Below, piece after piece: positions 50,726-62,676 of a stretch of 63,861 nt of DNA. Made by a program: the position numbers and the translations under genes. The notes beneath the pieces were generated by a model. The model saw only the letters and a program-made list of their open reading frames with translations, was not told the DNA's origin and made no database searches. The stretch lies in the NCBI GenBank assembly GCA_965113315.1, contig OZ220367.1. One strand, given 5' to 3'. The stretch's first letter is position 1. Each line of letters begins with the position of its first letter. Origin of the DNA: Podarcis vaucheri (lineage: Eukaryota).

Positions 50726-50975
50726 CAATCGTATCTTGGTTTTCAAACAGCTTAGTTCTCGAACGTTTTGGCTCCTGAACGCTACAAACCCAGAAATGAC
50801 TGTTCTGGTTTATGAACTATTTTTGGAAGCCGAACGTCTGACAGGGCTTCTGCGGCTTCTAATTGGCTGTAAGAGCTTATTGCAGCCAATCAGAAGCTGC
50901 ACTTGGGTTTCCGAATGTTTTGGAAGTCGAACGGACTTCCGGAATGGATTCCCTTCGACTTCCAAGGTATGACTG
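50726..50975 (+). mobile_element. Tigger-like MITE, family B
   Basis: TA|CAATCGTATCTTGG...CCAAGGTATGACTG|TA. Confidence 0.85.
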
Positions 50976-51400
50976 TATATCTGATTATTGTAAGTTATAA
51001 AAAGATATCAACCACCATGTTAAATTACAGCAGGTGGAATTCAATGTTGATATCTTCCAATTGTTCTGTCTGTGCAAGCATTTCAGCTTCCCAGATGTAG
51101 TGCCCCACTCTCTCCTGCTCATGTGTGCTGCTTTGGGGGTTCTCCCAACCTCCTACCCTGAGACAATTCCAGGGGTGTTGGGGGTCTGTGGGAAGGGGAA
51201 AGGAAAGGGAAAGGGAAAGGGAAAGGGAAAGGGAAGGGAGGAGCCCTTGCACAGGGCTTCCGCTGATGGATGTGGTTAGGTGTTGTTTTATTTTGGCAGG
51301 GTGACAAATCATATCTAGAATATACTCAAGAGTAGTCCTTTGTTGTCTCCCAGAATATCTTTGCCTCACACCAATGAAATGCTACCTATGCAGCCAATCT

Positions 51401-51403
<3 letters not shown>

Positions 51404-51448
<45 letters not shown>
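51404..51448. repeat. (AC)n microsatellite; a (GGGAAA)n tract lies nearby at ~51196-51239
   Basis: Directly visible. Confidence 0.97.
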
Positions 51449-51449
<1 letters not shown>

Positions 51450-52063
51450 CCCCCCCAACCCCTCTTATTAAACAAATAAAGTAAAATGGAAAAATACAGG
51501 AGCCAGAAACATTGGCTCTTTCAATCTCCCACTAAGAATGAATCATGAAGGAACGAGATCTGTAAGATGTTGACTTTTCTGTGGTTAACATATAATGAGA
51601 GGCTTATTCCATAATGTGCCTTTATTTATTATTTAGCTGAGTTGGTGATCATTTACATTTCAGGGACATAATTTAGCTGCAAACCAGGGATGGCAGAGTT
51701 CCCCACTGAGCACTTGCTTTCAAATGTTAACTTCCAGAAGCACATCTAAGCTATATCATTGCTCCCAGGATTACCTTTGCTAAAATTACAGGTTCAAAAG
51801 GAGGAAGGGGGAGGAAAGGAAGAAAGACAGAAAGAAAGAGTTTTACATTCATCTCCCTAGCTTCTAGTATTAGTTGAACTTGGTGTCATAATTAACTGAG
51901 TGAGACAATAAAGATAGCAGCAGCTGAAGTTACTTTCCCCCCTCCCATCCGGTCTAAACTCCCGTGCCTTTACTCTCAGACCACAGTTTGACTTGTGGGC
52001 ATTTGGGATTTATTGCTATTATGGGCTCAGCAAGGTGGAGGTGTCTGTCAGCAATCAAAGGAA

Positions 52064-52579
52064 TCGCATCACCCTAATTGCATGCTAAGGCACCTGAGCC
52101 ACAAAGTTCCCAGGAGAACAATAAAGCACACGGACACAAAGTATTTTGATTCATGGGTTCAAACAAGCCACAACTTTATTGGTTACAGATGTGAGTGGTT
52201 TGGCTTAGGCATTGGGGTGAAGCCAGGCTATAGCTTGACTCCTGCCCATCTGCAGGGAGTCCACTTAAAGGTAAACCACCGATAGGGGCACCCTATGACT
52301 TTCATCAAATAGGGGCATCCTGAGGGCTCCCTGTAGGGGCTGTGACATGGCCGTAGCCCACATCCAAGCTTCAGACAGGATTCACACCCCGGATTCCTTT
52401 AACAGGATACCCTTACTGAGGAGGGGCAGGCGAAGGCTACAATCTCCCCCTCCATCCAAACAAAGGCTTACCTAATGCCTAACCTCACAAAAGTTGTGAC
52501 AATTGCTACTAGGTAGGCGAAAACCAATTGGCCAACTGGGAAAATTCCTACCCGGCCCTAACAATAATGGCGACCGACA
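52064..52579 (-). mobile_element. Solo LTR-like element
   Basis: Ends GGCGACCGACA (TGTCGGTCGC on the minus strand); CTTTATT (AATAAAG on minus) near 52174; flanked by a 39-bp direct repeat. Confidence 0.5.
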
Positions 52580-52989
52580 GTTGTCCATAGTAAGGTCATA
52601 TGCTCAGCAGGGTGGAGGTGTCTTTCTGCAATCAAAGGAACTGGTTGCAACGGCAGACTTTGGCCTTTCAAATTTCAGCAGCGCCTTGTGTGAGTCAAAA
52701 TTCGGTGCACCCTGCCTCTCACTTTACATCCTGCTTTCAATGCATCATAGTTGGGACGTTCTGGGGCGACCCCTAGGCTCAACGCCCAGTGCAGCGGAAA
52801 TGTTCACGCTGCCCTTAAATTCACCTCTGATGTTCAAAGAGCCCGAGCAGACAGAAGGAAGCGCTTCTCCACACAACACAAAGCTGAACTATGGCGCTCC
52901 CTCCCACAGGAGGCATTGATGACCCCCTGGGTGGCTTAAAAAAGGATTGAACAAATTCATGAAGTGTAAGGCTATCAGTGGTTACTAGC

Positions 52990-53368
52990 AAAGGTAAAGG
53001 TAAAAGGTAAATGCCCCTGGATGGTTAAGTCCAACCAAAGGCGACTATGGGGTTGCGGCGCTCATCTTGCTTTCAGGCCAAGGGATCCAGCGTTCGTCCA
53101 CAGGCAGCTTTCCAGGTCATGTGGCCAACATGACTAAACCGCTTCTGGCACAATGGGACACCGTGACGGAAACCAGAGCGCATGGAAACTCTCTTTACCT
53201 TCCCGCCACCTATTTATCTACTTGCACTGGTGTGCTTTCGAACTGCTAGGTTGGCAGGAGCTGGGACAGAGCAATGGGAGCTCACCCTGTCGCAGGAATT
53301 CGAACCACCAACCTTCTGATCAGCAAGCCCAAGAGGCTCAGTGGTTTAAACCACAGTGCCACCCATGC
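52990..53368 (-). mobile_element. Sauria SINE inserted in a CR1 3' remnant
   Basis: (AAAGGT)n tail, GTGCTTTCGAACTGCTAGG body, CACAGTGCCACCC head; CR1 tail sequence on both sides. Confidence 0.92.
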
Positions 53369-54433
53369 AATGCTGGTTGGTGCTATGAGAACAGGATGCT
53401 GGACTATATGAGCCATTGACTGGATCCTGCAGGGCTTATTATTCTTATTCTTATTAATTATTGTTCTATTCTTATGTTTGGATCACTTCTCTTTTCCTGC
53501 TGTGTGACATAGACACAAATTCATAAGGATAAATTTTCCCTATCACTTTACCTTTATGCTGGGGTGGGGAGTAGGGAGCCTCCCTGTTGTGGAGTTTCTA
53601 ATAATAATGTAACCCTGCCCAAAATCTCATTGGAAAACCATTTCTCCCTTACTTTCTTATGAAATGAAAGTTTTCATTTTAACCTCACTCACATTAGTTT
53701 TGCATCAGGTGCTCTTTTATAAATAGGTGTCTCTGATCTCAATGAAATTTGTAAGGAAGGGAAGTTGACTTACCAAACATCCTCCCTCCCCACCTTCTCA
53801 CACAAGGGGTGTCGTTTCAGATGTCTTTGAGAGGAAGCAAAGAGATTTCAGAGAAGTGGGGAAATTCACTGCAATGTTCAAAGCTGTCTATTCTTGGATA
53901 TAACTGAGATTAAATTCCCAGGGGAAGCATAATCTTATGAAAAAGTGCAAGACAAATAAGAAGGTGAGGATATTAAATTTTAATAACACACACATTGGAA
54001 TTACTATTTATTGTTCTTATTTTAACCTCATCAGACCTATAAATTTTTTGCTGGCCTGTTTCTATGCTGATTTTGGGCTGATTTTTATGCTGATTTCTGA
54101 GTTTTGTATATTGCTTATATTAGAATTATTTCAAAACAATTGCTATATGTTTCTGTGTTTTTTTGAAGCCACTCAAAGTGCAACTTTAGGCCAGAACTGG
54201 GGAATCTGTGGCCCTCCAGCCATTGTACTCCAACTCCCATCAGCTGGTCAGGGTCAGGGACGATGGGAGTTGTAGTCTAACAACTTCTGTACAGACTGCT
54301 TGCTCAAAAATAATAACAAATAAATCTCTAACCTGGTTTACATGAAACAGCATAACATTTTTATAAAAAATTGCAGATAAAATCAGCAATCTGTTTTCAC
54401 TAGTCAGCTTCTGCATGGGTCTAGACTCTAGAG

Positions 54434-54563
54434 CAGGCTTCCTCAACCTCGGCCCTCCAGATGTTTTGAGACTACAACTCCCATCATCCCTGACCACTGA
54501 TCCTGCTAGCTAGGGATCATGGGAGGTCAAAAACATCTGGAGGGCCGAGGTTGAGGAAGCCTG
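54434..54563. mobile_element. Palindromic hAT-type MITE
   Basis: CAGGCTTCCTCAACCTCGGCCCTCCAGATGTTTT...AAAACATCTGGAGGGCCGAGGTTGAGGAAGCCTG; perfect TSD CTCTAGAG. Confidence 0.93.
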
Positions 54564-55279
54564 CTCTAGAGCATAAACCAGAGGTTCAAGAGTTCCTTAG
54601 GAATACTAAGATACAACCTGAAAGAATTGTCTCCACTCAAATGAATCTGCCCCATTGTTCACCATGTCTCTGTTCTTTGTGAAGCATTGTAGAAGGTGTG
54701 GGGTGCAGAGTCCCAGGAACAGGATATTTTCAAGAAAGTAGAACTCTTTGCTGAAGCTCCCATCTTTGCTTGACTTCCTACAGGCAGGGAAGATATTCTT
54801 TTCATTCCCCCCGCCCCCAGGTGTTTTGTTTTTAAAAATCACATAACCCTCACACTTGCTCAGAATCATCTCGACAGAACTGGTAGTTAATAAAGAAATG
54901 TGGAAAGTCCTACAATGCACTTGCACAGACAAAAGACTGAAGCAGCCCCCGGCACCTTAATTGTTGCCTCTGCAAATCAATTCACATTTCTGCTTTGTCT
55001 GTTTATATAGATCTGAGAGGAACATCCGGAAAATTAATGAGGTCATTGGTTTCCAGAATCCTAGGTGCCAAACATGCTGAATAAATAGCTCTTAATAGCT
55101 GAGCTTACGTCCAACAATCAATACAGCAATTTCACCACATCCACCTAATTTATAGATGCTAGGTGCTACACATTTCAAAATCAAGATGTGAGCCGAGGTT
55201 TCAGAGGCTTGCCCTGCCCCAAATAACCCCGGACACACCAAATTATGGACAAGGAACCTTCATTAGGAATGGGTGAGCC

Positions 55280-55525
55280 TTCACAGTGCCTGGAGACAGA
55301 CAGTCAGGTAGTGCGTCCATAGGAATGACTTCTGTGAGGAGCACAGAGAGAAGAAACGCCATGGTGTATCTGCAGCAGCACAACTGGATGATTTCATCTG
55401 CCCCAGCTTCAACAAAACACATCTTTCCTGTATCAGTCTATCCAGCCACAGCAGGTGCTGTAACCTTAACTTCATCCCCAAAGGCACACTCCTCCATTGT
55501 CTCCTGAGGCAGATGAACATCAGCA
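55280..55525 (+). mobile_element. RTE-clade LINE 3' end remnant
   Basis: AWRQTVR...DDFICPSFNKTHLSCISLSSHSRCC resembles the decayed C-terminal C2H2 motif (CxxC...SRIGLxSH) of RTE ORF2. Confidence 0.65.
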
Positions 55526-55545
55526 ATGTGTTCAAACACATTGTT

Positions 55546-55795
55546 GGAAGAGAGCCAGTGTGGTGTAGTGGTTAAGAGCTGTAGTCTTGCAATCTGGTGA
55601 ACCGGGTTCGCGTTTCCGCTCCTCCACATGCAGCTGCTGGGTAACCTTGGGCCAGTCACACTTCTCTGAAGTCTCTCAGCCCCACTCACCTCACAGAGTG
55701 TTTGTTGTGGGGGAGGAAGGGAAAGGAGACTGTTAGCCGCTTTGAGACTCCTTAGGGTAGTGATAAAGCGGGATATCAAATCCAAACTCTTCTTC
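55546..55795 (+). mobile_element. Young tRNA-derived SINE (Squam3-like, CORE type)
   Basis: TGGTGTAGTGG A box, GGGTTCG B box, (CTT)n tail; TSD TTCAAACACAT(T/C)G at 55531-55543 and 55796-55808. Confidence 0.88.
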
Positions 55796-57395
55796 TTCAA
55801 ACACATCGGCAGTTCCCAAAATTATGCTTCCAAAGCTAGCTGCTGCCTTCTTGAGCAACACTGTCTGTTGTGGGACTTTATTTTTTAGAAAGAAAAGTGG
55901 GAGGAGGGTTAGGCTAGTAAGAAGCCATCACAAAACATAGGTTGCTTCTAGTCGGCCTATTTATTGAGCAATCAACCTGATTTGCTTGCAGAAAAATTGC
56001 CAGTAGGTTAGCTGGCACCAGCTGTTTATTGAGCATTCTGTTTTATTTGTTTCTGGGGAAACTATAAAGCGTTGCGTCAAGCAAGTATTATTCCACATTT
56101 TCCTGCGCAAGTCCATCTTCCCGGGGAGATGGGTTTGTTGTGCAAGAGGTTCAAATCAACTTTAATTGTGCCACCTGAATTTGCTGGTATGTGACTGAAT
56201 CTCATCTGAAAATAGAAGCAGTCTGGAAGTGCCCTTAATAAAGGGTTGCACTGGGGAGGGAAGGATCGGCACTAAGGAAGTAAGTTAGCCAACTCCCTTA
56301 ATAAACAACCAAGAGCAAAGGCAGTCTTTGTAGATTCTGGGAAAAATCACAGGGAAATGATATAGATTTAGCAAATCATAAAAGAGGCTGTTAAAACCTC
56401 AAAGGTCTCACTAGTGAATTATCTCACAGCCATCAAATATTTAATTGGCATTGCACCCTGCAATCCCGCTGAGCTCTGTACCTCTAGACAGAAATATTCC
56501 GGCAGAAATGTTGGGTTTGGCCGACTTTGAGGCTGATACTAAGTTGCTGTCATGCGGGGGGGGGGGGGGTTGCCCTGAAAATTCATGGTTGTGCTTTGCG
56601 CATAAATCAGCAGTAACAACCTTGGGCAGTAGTATTGAAGATGCTATATCTTCCATTTTAAAAAGTCACAGCAGAGGATGCAGGCAAAAGAGAATTGCCA
56701 GGAAATCTTTAGACGCCAAGAAAAGAGGAGGGGATGATTCCCAAATTTCATGACAAGCCTGGCTCCAGAGTAATAGCTTAAATGATTCGTGGGTTGATCC
56801 TTCGCCATCTGTACCCCCAAAGACAATGGGGGGTAAAAGAGATGCGGTGCGGAGATAGATGCAGATGGAATTCAGACCAAGACATCTTTCTGCCCTCAGC
56901 TGTGCACTAAACACCCCCTTGCTGTGTGGACAACCCACCACAATAATTCAACTGTCATGCTTATGATTGTTTTCTAAGCAGAGCAATAAATTCTCTATAA
57001 AACTTGTGAGTTTTGTTCTAACATAAAAATGTTCCAGACAAGACTGAACATTGAACAGAACACTGAAGCAAAGGCAACTTGTATTGCTGGGGGAAGCTGT
57101 ATAACTCATTCCTTGTTATAACGTACACGTCATACATACATTTGGCATCCAGACTTTCTTGTTTTCTTTCCATATTCCTCATGTTGCTATCAATACAGAT
57201 GGAGGAGATTTTTTTATTTTATTTTTTGGCCGGGGTGTTGCATTTTATTGTAAACCCACCTAATTCACATTTCCTGAAATTGTATGTGAACTGAAATGCC
57301 ACTCAAAATTTTTGCTTCTCTAAATTCTACAATGCATTTCTCCAATCAAATAATATGTATAAACAGGTTTATATTAGGGAAATGTGCAGAGAAAT

Positions 57396-58425
57396 GTTGT
57401 TGTTGTTGTTGTTGCTGCTGCTGCTGCTGCTGTTGTTGTTACTATTTTACTCATCCTTCATTCTAAGGTCCTGGAGCAGGTTACAACATTTAAACACAAT
57501 ATTAAGAACAGTTTTAAACAACTTGCAATCACAGAAATAAGGTGGATCCTAAACTATATGCCTCAAGGGTCAAAAGCCATGCTAAAGAGGTGTGCCTTCA
57601 GCAGTCTCCTGCAGGAATTCCCTAACTTTGGGGATGCTGCAGAGAATGCTCTCTCCCAAGCCACACACTGCTGGGCTTCTGAGGGAGGAAGAATCTACTG
57701 ATCTGAGCACAGAAGAGCATTTGTAGGAAAAGAGGCAGGTATTTGGGGCCTCGGTCATTTAGGGCTTTAAACACTAATGTGAGCACCTTGAATTGCATAC
57801 CCTCCAACATTTTTATTCCCCAAATCAGGACATCAGGAGGGGAGAGCCTTCTGGCACAGCGCTACGATGCTCATCAGCAGGGCATACCACAGCTCTGGCA
57901 TGACCCTGTGCCCAAGTGAGCATGTTTTGGTCTAGCACTCTGGCACAAGGACTCACACCAGAGTGCCAGATTTAAAAAATGGGGCATTCTGGGATGCAAA
58001 CAGAAGCCAGGATTGGCTTCTTAGATTCCAGGATCTCTCACTTAAAACGAGACACTTGTGGGGTATGAAATTGGATATGCAAATGAACCGGCAACCGGTC
58101 TGGCTCTTTTGAAGCAGGCATTAAGTGAGATCTAAATGGAACCCCAGCCAGTATTCTGACTGCTGGATTTTGGGTCAATTAACATTTCCGAGTCATCTTC
58201 AAGAGCAGTCCCCCACCCAGCGCATTGCACTCATCCAAACTGGAAGTTACCAGAGCATGGAGTACGGTGGCCAAGGCATCACTGTCGAAAAGGGGGTATA
58301 CCTGATGAACTAGCTGTAGCTGAAAAAGGCACTCCCTGCCACCAAGGCTACTTGAGGCTCCAGTGGCAATATTGAATCCAGGAGCAACCTCTAAGCTGCA
58401 AACCTGCAGATTCCAGGAGAGTGCA
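57396..58425 (-). mobile_element. Old L2 LINE fragment split by a MITE; (GTT)n(GCT)n tail at 57396-57440
   Basis: Minus strand reads AFFQLQLVHQV...DALATVLHALVTSSLDECNAL and QFKVLTLVFKALN, L2 ORF2 motifs. Confidence 0.8.
57796..58067. mobile_element. MITE with CATACCC termini inserted in L2
   Basis: CATACCCTCCAA...TTGTGGGGTATG; flanks GAATTG/AAATTG suggest a 5-6 bp TSD. Confidence 0.7.
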
Positions 58426-58803
58426 GTCCTGTCCTCTCAGGTGGCAGAGGAAGCAACTCCCGCGGCAGGTTGCTGGGAATGGATAAGACAAGGAAAAGGT
58501 CTTACCATCTGCTTTTTATTCAATATTTACAGAGAGAGGCTTGGAACACAGCCTCTTGGAATAATGGTGTTCTCCCGAGTGACTCTCCACCCCCTTTTTC
58601 TCCCGCTTCCTCACTCGTCATCATCTCCCCTACGGGTGGCGCTGAGGGCCCTTTGCTTCTGAGCTCTTTGCTCTACTACTTGGACACAAGGAATGTTATC
58701 TTTCTTGTTTTTGGATGGGCAGTAGCTACTGAAAGGCTCATTGGCCAGTTTCTCTCACTTTTAGGTGGGCTTCATGACTATGAAGTCCACAAAAGTCAGT
58801 ATG

Positions 58804-59023
58804 CTTCAGCTGAGCAGCATCAACATGAGTTCACAATGGCCAGTCTTTGTCCTTCAGTTGGGCATCAGCAACATGAGGTCATAATGGAAGTCTCTCCTTC
58901 AGTTAGCAGCAGCAACTGAGGTCACAATGGCCAGTCTCCCTCCTTTAGGCAGGCAGCATCAACATGAGGTCACAATGGCCTTGCCTATTCTTCAGGTGGA
59001 CAGCATCAGAATGAGGTCACAAC
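58804..59023. repeat. ~46-48-bp minisatellite, about 4.7 diverged units
   Basis: Consensus CTTCAGxTGxGCAGCATCAACATGAGGTCACAATGGCCAGTCTxxxTC. Confidence 0.9.
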
Positions 59024-59032
59024 TGACACAAC

Positions 59033-59497
59033 TGTCGTCGCTCCCAGCTGGTTGCCCAGGAAAGTATAAAGACAAGGAAAGGTTTCTTGCCGTCCTTTTT
59101 TATTTCAGTATTGACAAAGAGAGGCTATAGAACCCAGCCTCTTGGATAATAGTAAGTAAATCTCCTCTCCCCATCTCTCCCACTTCCTCATTTGTCACTT
59201 CTATGGTTGCTGCTATGTGCCCTCTGCCTTTGAGGACTTTGTTCCTCCTATTTTTAAGGCTCGCTGGGTTCTGGGAGATGGAAGGTCTGGGATGCTTTCT
59301 AATACACTGTGTAAGCCAGCTGCCACTCCGGTTCTGCCTCCTCCTCTCCCATTATTTCCCAACTTCCCCCCTCATCTGCCTCTGAGCTGTGATCTCCCTC
59401 AAACCCCTGTTGTAATTCTGAACTGTCTTCTTCTTCTCTGGAAGGGTCAGGCTGGGGAGGCGGTCTCCACCATTCCTCCTCTCCACAGTCCCTGACA
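59033..59497 (-). mobile_element. Solo LTR-like element (Gypsy-type style)
   Basis: TGTC...TGACA termini; TTTTATT (AATAAA on minus); diverged paralogue at 58430-58680. Confidence 0.6.
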
Positions 59498-62456
59498 CTT
59501 ACACAGAGATTAGTCCATGCCCTTTATTGAGTATTTGTTCTGATTTGTTTGCCCAATATACACATTTCGGCAAAGCAATTTCCCCATATATAATGAATTT
59601 TTGTATGTTATTTCCATTAATATATTCATCACATATGTGTATTTTTGTGCACATGGCTGGAAAACTGCATTGCAAAATTTGGAAAAGTGTGAAGGATGGC
59701 TGAGCTTCAATTCAGACATTTTGTTTCAAAAAGGTGAGTTATGCAAGTTTGTTTTAAGATTAAAAAGAAAAAAGGAAAACAAGAGAAACTGAAATGGACA
59801 GTTCCAAACACCTCTAAGAGGACTGAAGAATTTCATGAAACTCTTTCAAGGTAATAAAATGGGTGTGTGGTTATTTGAATGAATCAGTATTAGTGGCTTT
59901 TAAAATGGCCTTTGCGGTTTCAGGGTAGACAAACTGGCATAAATAAATACCACAACATCAGCAGTTCACCTCTGAACACATTTTTTTCTGGTAAAGCCAG
60001 TTCACAGTTCACTGAGCAGAACTGATTTAAGACAAGAGCCTTTGTATCCTGTAGTTTGTATCACCTGTATTATTTATAGTAATATGAATGGCTCTCAGCT
60101 GTTAATTTGCTCGAGATCTTCATCTTAAAATAATCAATTGTTGTTCTGGTAAACCTATTCTAAGCTTGTTGGTTTTTTTAATGGAAATTTCTGATAAAGT
60201 TCTGCTGAAGGATTTAAACTACATATGAATGATACTAAGGTTTCCGAATTCTCATGACATTAATTTTTGTTTAAAGATATTAGTATTGTATCTCTTATTT
60301 CTAAGCAACAAAACATTTGTATATCAGGAGATGGGGGACTTTTCTTTGTCAAGGGTCATGTTTCTTCAGAGCAATCTTTCAGAGACCACGTGCAAAAAGA
60401 GATTGGGACTGGAGCCAAAACTGGGTAGGGCCAGAGTCAAGAGAGAGGGACGTAAGAGCATAAGAAGAACCCACTTGATGAAGCCAGTGGCCCATCTGGT
60501 CCAGTATCCTGTTCTCACAGTGGCCAACCAGATGTCTATGAGAAGTTCCTAAGCAAGATCTGAGCACAGCACCACTCTGTCCCTATTTCTATTGGAGAAA
60601 TGTTGGAGGATAGGTCCTTATTTTCTATTTGCAGATTGATATAGATATTCAGAAGCATGCTGCATAAAGAAAAGTAAAGTTGGTTGCAGGAGGAATGGAG
60701 ATGGGGGTGGCACCTGAGATCTGTGATCAGTTTGCAAACCAAAATATATTTGTCTTGGCTTTTATTTTCCCCAGAGACCACATTTCCTTTTTGATTGTAG
60801 GACAACTACCAGCTCTGAATGCTGCAGCTAGATCAAGTAGTTGTTCAAGATGACTTGAAAAAAAGAAAGGCCAATATATTTAACCCCTTCAGCCTCCATA
60901 ATCATATGCAAATATGCTACTGATGTGTTGGAGGGCCTATACCAGATTACTCCGTCTTGAGATCACCTGTGGTTTGTTGTTGTTTTTTAAACTTTATTTT
61001 TAATTGGGAATGGATCCTGACAAGTCACTCGTGCCTTCACTTTGTTATCATGCATGTAACCACATTCGGTGTACAGAATTTAGGAGGGATGGAGTGGTGT
61101 CAGAAGCTCATAAGGCATCCGCTTACCCTTCATCAGAGCAAGTTGCTTGGTAAGAGCTGTCCATGGTCCTGCAATCACCAGTCTGTCCTGCCAACCTTCC
61201 TTGCTCCTTTGCCTGCTTATCTCACTCTCTTGCTGCCTGGCAACTGGGTCTCATGAGTACCAACTACAGATAGATTGAAAAGGGAGGAATGGAGACCTGG
61301 TGTGGCATAGGGGCAGGGTTAGCCCATGGGACCCTCCAAATCCTCCACCATGCATTCCTTGCAAGTGTGGGAGAGTCAACTGAGTCCCCATCTAGCACAA
61401 AACAACGTCAGTGGCAACATAGCAGGGTGCATACCCCCCATACCCTCCTTTTAGCAGAGGCTTTTCATCACTGAACAAAATTGCCAGTTTCCCTGAGCAG
61501 TTGCATCAGATATTTGCCAGAGCTCCTTCAGGTGTATGAGTCATTCTTCCAAGAAATAATTCTCAGTTGCTTTCTCGAAAATCACCATTTCATAACTAAA
61601 ACGGACTCTCTGTGTGCGCAGAATGATGCCATTGCAACTTTGGGCTTCTGAAAAATGACAAAGGTGCTCGCAAAACATGCTTTGGTCCATTAGAGAGATA
61701 TGGGTTTGGCTCCAAAAGCAGCAGGAACCTTATAATTGTTTATGTTTCCAAGAAGCCTACGTGGGATAGAAAAAGATGCTGGTTTAGCCTGCACTCTCCT
61801 TGAAGACCTGAATCTGAGGCTGCATCTGCACTATGCATTTAAAGCTGTGTATCATACCACTTTCAACAGCCATGGCTTCCTGTATCCTGAGAACTGTAGT
61901 TGGTTAAGGGTGCTAAGAATCATTAGAAGATCCCAGTTCCCTTCACAAAGCTACAATTCCCTGCGTGGTATAAGTCAATACCTCTTCCTAGGGAACTCTA
62001 GATAGAACAGTTGGGGTTTATATATCTCAGTTCACAGAGAAAAGGGGTTTATCCAAACATCACCCCTTGGGATAGTAGCACTTCAATTGCATCTATTTCC
62101 AACATTTTGCCTTGACACAAAGGATAAACTGTACTGACACTTACTGTCAAAGAGAAAAGCAGCCATTATACCATTTCCCCAAGAAACCTGGCAATGACTT
62201 GTTTGCACAGAGAAAGAATGATGCGAAGGAGCTGATATATTGTGAAACATCTCCCTTCGATATGAACTTTCTCTCTCTCTCTTGTCTAAATGATTGTCTA
62301 AAAACATCATCACCATCACCTACACAAAAGCTTAAAGTCTTGTTATTTTGGTTGGTCCTGCTAAGGTTTCACCATTCTGGGGCTTTTAAATTTTCTTCTG
62401 CTGGAACAACATGACCACCCAAATTTTGGATAAAAATACAAGACATCTGGACACCA

Positions 62457-62676
62457 GGGTTGTATCAATGCTGCCTTTCCACTTGCCAACTTGTGTGTGC
62501 ACAATGGAACTTCTACCTTCTGTTCTTTTCCCCTGAGCCCACCCTCCCACCCTCCAAATCTGCTCCAGAGGATTGAAGGACACTCTGAAGCAGATTTTTT
62601 TTTTGAGGGGGGTCAGAGAAAGGAGAAGTCCTGCTGTGTGAGCAGAATACTGCTGACGTCGTATTGGATACAACCC
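62457..62676. mobile_element. PIF/Harbinger-like MITE
   Basis: GGGTTGTATCAA...TTGGATACAACCC termini. Confidence 0.65.

Noticed and set aside
55546-55630. tRNA gene
   Set aside because: The A/B boxes continue directly into a SINE body with tail and TSD; the same applies to the Sauria SINE heads.
58804-59023. Repeat array as CRISPR
   Set aside because: The units are contiguous diverged tandem repeats without unique spacers; there are no cas genes and the context is eukaryotic.
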